Below, in pieces: positions 1 to 11,779 of a DNA stretch of 64,000 bases. The stretch lies in the NCBI GenBank assembly GCA_963924565.1, contig OZ004611.1, positions 33,294,001 through 33,358,000 on the forward strand, read 5' to 3'. The DNA comes from Ascidiella aspersa (Eukaryota). Position numbers and translations under genes: made by a program. Below the pieces are notes generated by a model, which was given only the letters and a program-made list of their open reading frames with translations, did no database searches and had not been told where the DNA came from. Position 1 is the stretch's first letter. Each line of letters starts with the position of its first letter.

Positions 1-2828
1 TTTTTACTGCTGTTTATATATTATAAGCTGATAATTAAGTTATTTTCGAGTAATGTAAAATGCAAATAGCACCATAATTGTATGTTTTTACTCGACCGCA
101 AATTGTTTATGATACGACGAAACATGTCTACGAGAAAATTAACACAAGCACTAGATATGCCCTATCAAGTTATAATATTGCTGCCAATAAGCCTACGATA
201 ATTTAAGCAAGTTTACCAAAAGCAATTTAAAAATTTCAAGCCAAAGTTGTTTTTTTAATACGGAATATTGTTTTAAATAAATGGCTCAACATCGAATGGG
301 TCATTGTTTGGCTTGCAACTTAGAAGACTGTAGTTCAGCATACCAGCATTCCAACGTCGGCTTATCTGTGCCATTTTGTAATGTCACTCATCGTCTGACG
401 ATGCAGTTTGCATGCGGCGAGAAATTGTATTAGTTCGCTTAACTTGAAAGTCTAAGGATGAATTTGAGAAACTTTAAACGATAAGTGGTGATGAAAATAA
501 TTACTGTAGACTTGAAGTTTCCTCGATTACCAAAATTACCAGGGTGTAACTTTTAGTAATATCTTCTTTAGAATATTCGTTCAGGTAGTAGCATTTCGCG
601 GTTGTCAGTTGGACCGAGTAACAAACGATTTGTGACATAATAAGTTCGATTTACCTCTATAATCGCACTTAGTGTTTGACTGTTTGCAATAAAGATCGGT
701 CCATTAGAAAAGAATTAGTTTACGTAACTAGAAATCAATAAATTAACTGATGTTCTTGCATAGATACTCCCAAAAAAGTACAAATTTTTATCAAAATCGA
801 TATGACGCGCAATAATTATATACATTCAATAATTATATATGCGTTTGTAAAGCTGTTTTGGTAGAGGTATGATTAAAATCATTCAAAAATGTTTAGTTTT
901 TAGGCCAACATTTTACATTGGCACTTTTTGTTTTGCGCAAGTTTCTTGCATGGGCAAAGGTGCAACGAGTAGGATTACTAAACTTGGCAAAAAAAGCCTA
1001 AAACTCGATAAGCCGAGTAACTGCCAAATCATACTTTTTAAAGCCAGGTGTTTATTTGAAATTATTTTTTTGTTAAAATGCCAGATGTTTATTTAAAATT
1101 AACTTTTACATCTTCTTTTGATAAAAATATGTAGTAAAAGTTGCAATAAAACTTGAATTGGATAAGTTCAGCTGATCGATTGAGTCATAACACTTGACCA
1201 GTTACTATGCGAGAAATATTTTAGGGTATATATTTTTTTATTTCTTTGGTGGTTTTGTCAGCGAGGAAAAAAGGACAAAAATGGCTGAATTTATTATTTA
1301 TGTTGTTTGTTTAATTTGACAAGGTTACTGATTGTTTGTTTTTTTCCAGATTGTTGTTAGGTTTATTTTAGCTTAATTATTTAGTTCAATGTGTTACGAG
1401 CGGTCAGCATGACAGAAAGTGGAAACGTAATGTATTCACAGCTCGAACTTCCCTTCGTGAGGTACCTGCATTCTTATCGCTGTTTGTTGCTTACTTAGAG
1501 GCCGAACGAACTTTCGCCGCGCAGTAGAGAAGCTGTGCGTTATTGAGAGGTCATATGCAAAACTACTTTGCTTGTTAATGTCTTACGACGCCTCATGACG
1601 CTATAAATATAAATTACTTCCTTCTTGGCTGGGATTCGGTTTCCAAGTATAAGGTTGACTTTTAGCATTTCTTTATTCACATATTCGATAATAAATTTTA
1701 CGCATAACTTTTACGTTAAACATATGGTAAAAGGTTTCTTTATGAACTTACAATTTATATTCTATAAATAAGGCCATGCTATGCACAGTAACAGTTTATG
1801 GAATATTTTCAATTTTGTTTTCGTTTTAACATCTGCTCCCGGAAATATCTGGTTATTTATAAATAACTCGAACATATGCGGTGCAATTATTTGTTTAAAA
1901 CTTAAGTAATTTGCAGAACCGCACTTATTTTGCCGAAGTTTGTGATCATGCAAAAAGAAATATTTATGCAAAATAAATAGGCGACCTGGTCTTGCCAAAT
2001 GTATTATAAGTTATTAATGCGCAAAAATTTTACGATTTTGAGATTTCCTATGGAAATATTTATATTTTTTATAGCGCTGTGTGGACTCAGACTTCATACA
2101 AAATAGATTTTAAATTATCTATTTAAAGTCATTGTTGCATTTTGAGCAAATTCAGAACGGCTTTTCTTAAGTCATTCTATTCATTTAACACAAAAACAAA
2201 CAAAAATGTAATTTCTGCCTTTGCACTTCGTGCAAACATTTTACGTGATTTCGGTTCAGCCATTTAGTTGTTGAGTTAAAGTTCCTTATTTATATCAACA
2301 ATGTGCAGATGTTTTCACCCCAAAAATTCTTCTCCTAAGGTAAAAGTTTTGCTAATTTAAAGTAAAGAAACTCAAACTTCTTTCGCGTTCCGCACAATTA
2401 GCTTTTTTTTCAGTAATTTAATGGACTTGTCCAAACATTAATTCTGGATCTGGCCCTGTTTATTTTTCGCAGTGGGTTTCACTGAAATCTAGGTTTCACT
2501 TAAATCCTGCAAAAACCTTTATTTCGTTTGCTAAAACGTTTCAAACTTTGAATATGCATGCCCCATATTCAAATTACTTGTCAGTCAGAGTAGTAAGAAC
2601 ATGTTTATTGCCAAGCGACGAAAAATATGATCCAAGTTTGTATAACTTTGTCGACTCAATTTGTCTCAATACTTATTTTAAACAGATATTATTATGCATT
2701 AATTCTATAGTTTCTTTACGGCCAGTAATTAGTAATAGATTTTATGCCTACAAATAGTTTTGATTAATATGTTAATCGAATGAGTTATTTATACTTTTCT
2801 GTTACGACAGTTTAACTATAGGTACAAC

Positions 2829-5764
2829 ATGCTTATGAAAACTATTCAGTTTGTTGTAATTGTGGCATGCCTGTGTGTAAAAGTGACAGCCGACTGCCGA
2901 CTGAAGTGCACGAACGGAGGCAAGCGAGGTGGCGAATCCTGCATCACAGAAGAGGACATTTGCAACGGTGCAAGAAGTTGTGAAGATGGAGAGGACGAGA
3001 TCAACTGCCACGAATGCAAAGATAGAGCGTTGTTTTGTCAGGCCGACAATAAATGTATTCCTTCGACGAGAAGCTGCAACGCGTATAAGGACTGTAGCGA
3101 TGGGAGCGACGAGTGGGCCTGCTCAACATGCAAAAATGGTACACGGAAGTGCAATGATGGGAGTCAGTGCATCAAACCAAACTGGATTTGTGACGGCATG
3201 AAGGATTGTAACGACAACAGCGACGAATTTAACTGCTCAAAATGCCACCGTAATGGATGGAAGTGTAAAAGCGGAAGCAAATGTATCGCTCAAAATCAGA
3301 AGTGCGACGGATTGAAGGACTGCAGCGATGGTAGCGACGAGTGGAACTGTACTTGCAGGGACGACCAAGTTATGTGTGGCTGTGTGGACGGGAAGTCATG
3401 CCCATCCACTGGCCAGTGCATAAAGAAACATCAACTAGCTGATGGCAACAAGGACTGCGTGGGCGGGCAAGATGAACCGTGCGAACAGATTCAACCTGGA
3501 CTCTTCCAATGTTCTAATACCAAAAGTAAAAACGCTTTGTTGTCATTCTCAGTTCGACAATACAACTGCTGCAAAGCTAATCACTTGGGGGAGGACATAG
3601 ACACAGGCAAAGTTTTGAAGGCAGAAGAGTGGACTTGCATTGAAAATAGCAGCTGTGAATCACTTTACGTTTTCAAAGCGGTTGTAATGCAACCTTCGAA
3701 GCAGTTTTGTAGCAAACAGTTTAAGGCAGATTACAAGGATTCAAAAACAGGCTTTGGTTTCAAATGCTCTGGAAAAAGCAGCACAGGGATCTGCGTTTTG
3801 CCACAAATCAATCTTTATGATGATTTTCCACAATGCGCAGATCAGTCAGATCTTTGTTTCTTTGATGGACCGATACAATGCTTCACTTGCTTGGACAAGA
3901 GACTAATAATTTCGCAAAATCAAGTTTGTGATGGGATTCCAGACTGCTATGACCTTTCCGATGAATGCTTATGTGGAAATCAAACTGTGTGTAAGGCTAT
4001 TATGGGTGACTCTAGAAACCATTGCCCACCCAATCAAATGCATTGCCTTAATGAAACCGACTGTACTTACATTGATAAAGTGTTGTGCAATAAAAGTGCT
4101 AGTTGCAAGAACAATTCCAATTTGGAATATTGCAGTGGTTTACAAACTGAAGATAAAAACTACGATACAATAAGTTGCTACAAACAGCATTTGATGACAC
4201 ACGTCAGTCAATCACAGCAGGCACATGTGATGGAAGACCTGAATGCTGGGATTTATCGGATGAATGCTCTGGTTGTAATAGCACCCCTGCTTTCTGCTAT
4301 GATGATTGTGTAATTGTGAAGTCTCGATATGGACCAGTGTGCATTGGAGAAGCTAAGTTGCCAGGACCGTTCATATGTACAATAAACGAAGCGGAACTTT
4401 GTCCAATGCGCTTTATTTGCTCCCGTGGTGACCTCATTAGCATAGATGTAAATCAAGTTTGCGACGGAATATTCGACTGTGATGATAAGTCTGACGAGCC
4501 GCAATCACGTTGCAACCAAACAAGGTTTTACTGTCACAACAAAAAGCCACTTTCCATCGACATTAGATTGTTCAAAGACGGCTTTAAACAATGTTCAGAC
4601 GGAAGCGATGAAATACAGGATTCTATATTTTCTAGCCGGCAGGAAATGATTGCAAACCCATTTTTCAGAGGTTGCTTTTGGGTGATGGGAATTATTGCAT
4701 GTGGGTTTAATGTTTTTGTGTTTGTTGCAACCTCAAAGAAAATGGTTTCAACTAGCGAAAACAATGTTCTAAAACAAAGCACACGTGTATTGATTCTAAG
4801 TCTATCTGCTGCAGATTTCATAATGGGCTGTTATTTGCTTGGTATTGCTGTCAAAGGCGTTCTACTTTCGGGCTATTATTCATATTTTGATGTCGCTTGG
4901 CGCACCGGTTCTGCTTGCTCGTTGCTCGGGTTTATACTTGTGGCATCTTCCCAAATTAGTGCTTTTACCATGACTGCAATGACGATGTTTAGGCTTTACA
5001 CTGTTAGTAATCCGGTTGGTTCAAGATGCATGAAAATTAAATGGGTTTTTTTATCTTGCATTAGCGTGTGGTTTTTTGGTTTTCTTTTCGCTGCTGTACC
5101 TTTCTTTTATTACCCGTCGGCGTTTTTTGTTTCTCATGTTTGGTTTTCCTCTCCATTCTTTCAATTTGATGTAGTTTCAACTTACGAAATGTTTAAACTG
5201 GCTGAAAGAATCCAAAGTAATTTGACAAACCCTACATGGCACGATGTAACGCAATTAATTGAGAGAACCTTCCCCAATCAACCTATAAAAGGTACACTTG
5301 GCTACTACAGTGAAACCAGTGTTTGCATGCCCAGATTGTTTGCCTCTACAAACGACGCTTCTTGGCAGTATTCGGTATTTCTTATTACTTTAAACTTTAT
5401 TCTGTTTGTTTTTATGCTTGTTTCGTATATTGTAATTTACATCAAAAGTAACAAGATGTCTCAGGCGAAAAAGAAACAAGTTAATAATAGTTTACAAAAG
5501 CGTATTTCACGTTTGCTTATTACTGACTTCTGTTGTTGGATTCCATTGTGTGTTTGTGGTTTCTTGGCTGTAGCTGGTGTTCCTCTTTCTAAAGTTGTTT
5601 ACATCGTTAGTGCTGGTTTCTTGCTCCCTATTAACAGTGCAATGAATCCTTTACTTTACTCCAGTGTTTTGGATACTTTATGGGATCGCTTTACGCAGCG
5701 TGTTGTTGCTAAAATTCGAAAGGTCACAGACGAATTTGAAATGCACGAGGTAACAATTGGGTGA
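2829..5764 (+). CDS. LDL-receptor class A repeat-containing rhodopsin-family GPCR (RXFP/GRL101-related, no LRRs); intronless, one frameshift near 4157-4220
   Basis: ORF 2829-4313 has a signal peptide (MLMKTIQFVVIVACLCVKVTA) and about 8 LDLa or LDLa-like modules (e.g. CDGMKDCNDNSDEFNC). ORF 4175-5764 has 3 more LDLa modules, then 7 hydrophobic segments with RXFP-like motifs: LSLSAADFIMGCYL, WRTGSAC, YYSETSVCMP, TDFCCWIP, LPINSAMNPLLY. Adding 1 nt joins them into a 978-aa protein. Confidence 0.88.
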
Positions 5765-8700
5765 ATAGCTACGAAATGCTTAATCTGGTTAAAAGAACCA
5801 GAAAAAATTTCTACGCTAATTGTCAGTATTCTGTATTTCTTGTTACTCAAAGCATTTTGTTGCTCATTTTCATGCTTGTCTTATGTTGTTATGGCGCCAT
5901 TTATATCAAATTAAAGGCGTAAATTAATACAGTATTTCAATACTGTACCAAGTATACAGTATTTCCTTGGTTTCTTCCTTCACCTAAACAGTGCCTTTCA
6001 CATTCACAAATATTTCAATAATTTGTAATTAAACAACAAATAAGAAACAAAATTGAAATCAACGTGTTAGCGGTCGGGTAAATTATTTGGTTGTACTTCG
6101 CACCCTATAAATGTGTCTGTGCGTAAATTTCACATTTACTTATTTGTGCTTGTGTACAGTATTACAACATCCAAAAAATAAGAAAAAAATGGTCGTGTTT
6201 ATTTGTAAGCTTGCTAAAATATATACCGACAAGCTAGGCATATATTGAAGAATAACTTGCGAAAAAAGGTTCCAATTAGCCTTTGTAAAGCATTTCTGGA
6301 ATGACAGAATCAGAAAACCTGGAGCTATAATTAATCTTCCTATAGTTTCCTTACTTAGTTAAGACTGATTTTTTTGTATTTAAGAATGGCTAATTTTATG
6401 CAAATAAGTGTGAACGCGCATATTGCGAAAGTTTTGTTTTAGAACAGTTGTTCCCAACCTTTTTGTTCTCGCGAGCCCCTTTCCATTTTTTTACAAATGT
6501 AAAACCAAATTACAATAGTCATATAAATTCGGCAAAATTATCACATTTCTTGCCAGATATATTGTTTCCATTTGGCAATTGCTAGTTTATATTGTTCATT
6601 TTTATTGTCAATTTATCGTTCAACCATTAGTACACGGCGAAAACCTTTTGCCACCCTCTAGGGTTCCTAACCCAAAGGAAGCGCTGTTTCAGGGTTACCT
6701 ACTTTGGTGACAAAACTACAGTATTATAATTATTAAGCTTTATTGTGTAACTATTTACATTACCTTTCACTTTGCACGACAAAATATTTACTCCGTGCCA
6801 TTAGCTAGTTGTTTAAACAGAGAACAGACTCATTTGTGCAGTTACAGTTCTAGAAACGTTTATTTACAACAAACAACATCTAACAAGTTACATAATGTTT
6901 CAATACCTATACGTTTCACTAATAAGACACTAGTTGGCTGCGGTTCACCTTAATTTTAACAAAAGCTGCCTTAAACATTAAAAAAACAGCAATCAAAAAC
7001 AACCTAACAATGCGCTTTATTGACAAACACAAATTAAGCCAATGACGTAACAAATGCAAAAAACATCTATTTGAAATATTTATAGTTAAATTAGGTAGAC
7101 GATTTTAGATGAAAAAGGTTCGTTAAATCAAACACAAAATTAATTTATAGGTAGCATATAAATTAAGCTGAATTGTAGATAAGTAACAATAAAATGTTGG
7201 ACTGTTAAAAATCCAGAATGAGATGAAAAAAAATATGCGCCTGAACTAAATAAATGCCTAGATGTTTTTAGTTGGGTATCTCAAAACGTGTTTATACTGC
7301 TATTGGTTTTGATATGGGGAATGTTGTAAGAAACATCATATTAGTAAATATTTGTTTGTGGTTACTTTTGCTTTTTATATATTTTTTGTCCTGACACGTC
7401 ACCTTGTTAATGGGAATTGTTTAAACTTTTCTATAACACTTAAAAGACAGCTAATTGAATCCTGTGCCAAAACCTATATTTATATACTTCTGTTAGTAAA
7501 AACGCAATACGAGGGGGGTAACGTTAATCTTTGTAACACATGGAAACGATAATATGTTGATTGACCCTCAAGAGTATCTGTTAGCATAGAAAGTAACGAA
7601 CACTCTACGTCCAGGTAGGTTTCACCAGTTTAGTGTTAATACATTTTGGTAATATTACCGTTGTTTAATATTACAGAACCACTGCATTAGGACACAACTT
7701 AAAGGCCTAGCAATTTAGAATAAAATGTTCTTAAATGCCCAACTATATTCGTGTTAGCAGTGAATCCCTTTGTAGGCGCTTCGCTGCTTTATATGCTAAT
7801 TAGTTGTAGTGATGCCATTGCTCGCCAGCGCAGCCATTCAATCGTTTTCTAGCAATAACCACTCTCTAGCACCATCTAACGTTGTTTTGGTGCTTTTGCG
7901 GATTTAGAATCGCTAAGTAGAAATACAACAATGGTAGTATTTTGCATAAACAGAAAAGCTCGGTTTGCCATTAAGTTATTGTTTTTGTTATCATTTAATG
8001 AGTCTTAGCCTGTATAATGGAAAGAGGAATTTATGATGGCAGTTGGTTTATCCCTGGCACTCTCTGTTTTTATGCTGGTTAAGTCCAGCGGATCCTTAAT
8101 CGACAGAACCAACTCAGCAATTCAATTCATTTAAAGTAAAAACTCTCGAGCGCCGTCTAACCAACGCTTAATGTCATTTTAAATTGGTAAAATTTCAGCA
8201 AGCGAAGTTTATGCTAAAAACGACAAAGACGTAGTTTGGTTGATATAAGATTGTTAGAGCAATTAAACATACAAAAAACACAAGGCTCGTGTAGTGATTC
8301 ATGAAGTTTGACAATATATTTGATCAATTGGCATCCATTAACAATCGATATCATCCTGATTTAATAATTTTTTTTCAAAATTTGCATTTTGTGTTTAAAA
8401 ATGAAATAAGAATAACATGTTTACAGTCATTATTTACTTTTTTATGTCAAAGTACCAACAGCATATCAAATGCTTCAGGAAAATTATATTCATCTACCAA
8501 TAAGATACCAAACAGCTAGTTATCGTTACCACTTTTTTGTTAGATTTCATCCGCTCCATCAACATCGCATACGAAAGCTGTTTTTACAGGTCTTAAGAAT
8601 TTTCACATGATCCGTTTGAATCGACAAACAATTATGAAAAAGTTAAAATACCACAAACAACTGCAATCGATTGTCACACTCAGTAATTTTAAAAAATGTC

Positions 8701-9262
8701 ACACAAAAACCCTTCACGAATCAGCCATTTTTTTAATTATTGAAGTTTCAGATTCAATCAACAGCACCCTTAAAAACTCATCATCGTAGATCGTGAGATA
8801 GTAAAGGTTCACATGATGCGTCGTGATGCTGTTCAAACAAGCGAAAACGACGGGCGACGGCGCTCGTGAAAAGTCAACACAGCAAGCGCCGTTGTGCAAA
8901 CATTAGGCAGTACGACATTGATGAAAAACTGGATTTCTAATTGACTTTGTAGAACATTACGCTAGCCATTAATCTATTCAGCCTGACTATTCATCAAATG
9001 GTTTTGCCCTGCAACCAATTCGTCATAGACCGGTGGTTGCTGAACGCGTGCGTTAAACATAACTATATCATGGTGCTGACCTGTTACGTGTTACATTTTT
9101 AGTTGGGAAAATAAATTGTGCTGGGATTTTTTCTTAGTGCGCCGTAAATAAGTTGGAGCACGATTGATGCAACAGGTAAGTACCTGCGGTATTTTTGTTC
9201 TTTATGTTTTGTCGAGAAAAATTCCCGATATAGACTTACGTCATTTACGTAGATCGAATATA

Positions 9263-9333
9263 TACTACATAATTACGTAGGTTAAATGTATACTACATAA
9301 TTACGTAGGTTAAATGTTTACTACATAATTACG
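9263..9333. repeat. 28-bp minisatellite, about 2.5 copies
   Basis: Unit tactacataattacgtaggttaaatgta repeated directly. Confidence 0.8.
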
Positions 9334-9917
9334 GGCTAACATATACTGAGTATTTGAAATTGAAACGTGCTTAGACCAAAAGCTATAAGTTGCTTGAGTC
9401 TTACCCTTTCAAGTAAAACGCGTCTTTGAATTAAAACATTTGCTAAAATATAAAAACGGGATGTTAGACCAAACCCCTAACATCTGTTCACACAAGAGTT
9501 TCCATAATAATAACAACTGTTTTGTAATTGTCTTAAATTATTGCAAACCAATTACTTAACTTATTTTCCTTATAGGTGCTGAAAATGTTGTTTCTCATAC
9601 AATATGCCCAATATGAATGTTGAGTGACATATAATTAAATTTGTAATGCCGCCAGGTGGGTCAATTTCACTCATGCTGCGGTGATTCCCCTGGGAATTTT
9701 GTTGCGAGTAACCCCTCGTTATTCGTAACAGAATGTCACACTGTTCGTAACTGTGGCTTTTATGTTGATTTGTATAATAACCATATTTTCAAAGTAGGCT
9801 AGCCTTAGACGAAACCACAGATCAGTGTTTTCTTAAGTTTTTACGTCATGGTGCACCTCTAACGACGCATTACGTCGATTCGGCGCTGGTCACCTTCATG
9901 AGCACGTGCTGTGACAG

Positions 9918-10478
9918 CAGACTTGGACAACTAGATTTATTTTAGCTTTTTAAAATTAGATTAGCATTAAAACTAGAGCATTGAAGGATTTCCAAATTAG
10001 ATTAGAATTAGAATTAGATCGTTTCGAGTTTTTTCAAATTAGATTAGAATTAGAATTACCGAATTCCTAAAAAATCAAATTTCAACTAGAATTTGAACTG
10101 GAATCACATTTAATTATTTACAATTAATTTGATTTTATCGCAATTTATTCTTATAAGAACGTGAATAATAAATATGTGTGTGATAATTGTTATGCCTTTT
10201 TATGCTTTTTAGACTGAAAAATTACATAGAGACCATTTTCAGTGGGCCATGGAGCTATTTTTAAAATATTGCAACTATATAATTTGATGCTTACCCTAAA
10301 ACTACCAATTAAAAAGTTGCGCCAACTCACATCCAAAACGTATTTTATCACGTAATACGTTAACGCCTCGATCAGCAGGTATAGTCTTACTTATGTTCTT
10401 TTCTCTACCAAGAATTAGAGTTTTTTTTGTCTAATTCAATGAATTAGAAAACTAGAATTGTCCAGTTGTCCAAGTCTG
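9918..10478. mobile_element. Non-autonomous hAT-type MITE with ATTAGA subterminal repeats
   Basis: 15-bp perfect TIR cagacttggacaact/agttgtccaagtctg; flanks tgtgacag/tctgacag (7/8 TSD); internal attaga arrays. Confidence 0.8.
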
Positions 10479-11536
10479 TCTGACAGCTTCCTGTCGCTCC
10501 GCTGCGCGCTCGTCAGTCTCGACTGGATCCGACAAAAGGTGATGTTCGCCGAAGCGGCAACTCAACCATCAGGCATATTTTACATCCACGGCTACCAGAA
10601 AAAGCCATGTGTAAACTTTTAAGATCAACTACATTCCCAGCAGTAAAAAATTAATCTAAAATATTTAAAAGTTTGCCAGCAGACTTCCCGGGAATTCACA
10701 ATTAACGCGGCCTGATTTGAATTCATCCAGCCTATAGAGCCGAGGGCGGATCCAGGATGTTGAATATTTTCAAAAAACACGTCCCGAGGTGACGTCATGA
10801 AACAAGTAACGTACGGAAACCTGGTGCTTTGCTCGAACTCGTGCGCAAATGTGCACAGCAAAATTTCTGAAATGCACCAGTTTAACCAGGTTTTGAGTCT
10901 GCTCCGAATGTAAACGGTTTATCTGGAATTTCTGCTCTTTAGGCTGACACCTTGCACAATTTCGTTTACTCCGTGAGCTATTGCAAAATTACTCTGCTAA
11001 CTAAATATAATCAATCTACTCACAATATTGCAACAGCGATTATAGGGTTCGCTTGATGGTAGAGTGCTGAATGTTACACCGGTTTTCCTTTCTTCGCTGG
11101 GCCAATCGAGTAGGCAACTGGTCAGCTATAATCTCCAACTTTTGTGTTTTATTTGAGATCGGTCGGAGACAACTATTATATTGCACTACTTCAAATGCGT
11201 AGCTGTTTGTTCAGTTTCGATTTAGTGGAGTTGGATGGCACAGTGATCGGTGCGCAACTTCACTTCGATTCAAGCGGCGGCCGAGCGCAGAAACACGCCA
11301 ACTGAACGCGAATCGTTGTCGTTTGCAAATCTGGACAAACGGCCTCTTGTTTTTTTATTGGAAAAAATCGGAGCCGCTCAAACGAGAGAGGGCAAACGCA
11401 AATGCCGCCAGTTTATTTGAGTTAATCAGCAGCAAACATAAATAATAGAAAAATATAATTTGAAAAGCAAAGAAACTGCCGAAATCGCACATCGCCTCCG
11501 ATAGCGAGGATCTCTCCCCCAATCCAAGCTCTCTCC

Positions 11537-11778
11537 AGCTTTCGCGCATCTTCGGATCGGCCCCGGGAGCTTTCGCGCATCTTCGGATCGGCTGCGGGAG
11601 CTTTCGCGCATCTTCGGATCGGCTCCGGGAGCTTTCGCGCATCTTCGGATCGGCTCCGGGAGCTTTCGCGCATCTTCGGATCGGCTCCGGGAGCTTTCGC
11701 GCATCTTCGGATCGGCCCCGGGAGCTTTCGCGCATCTTCGGATCGGCTCCGGGAGCTTTCGCGCATCTTCGGATCGGC
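11537..11778. repeat. 31-bp GC-rich minisatellite, about 7.8 copies, in the PPP2R3 3' UTR
   Basis: Unit agctttcgcgcatcttcggatcggc(t/c)(c/g)cggg starting at 11537, 11568, ... 11754; abuts the TGA stop at 11780-11782. Confidence 0.95.
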
Positions 11779-11779
11779 A

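Noticed and set aside
11537-11778. CRISPR-like array of 31-bp partly palindromic repeats
   Set aside because: Units are head-to-tail with no spacers, there are no cas genes and the context is a eukaryotic 3' UTR.
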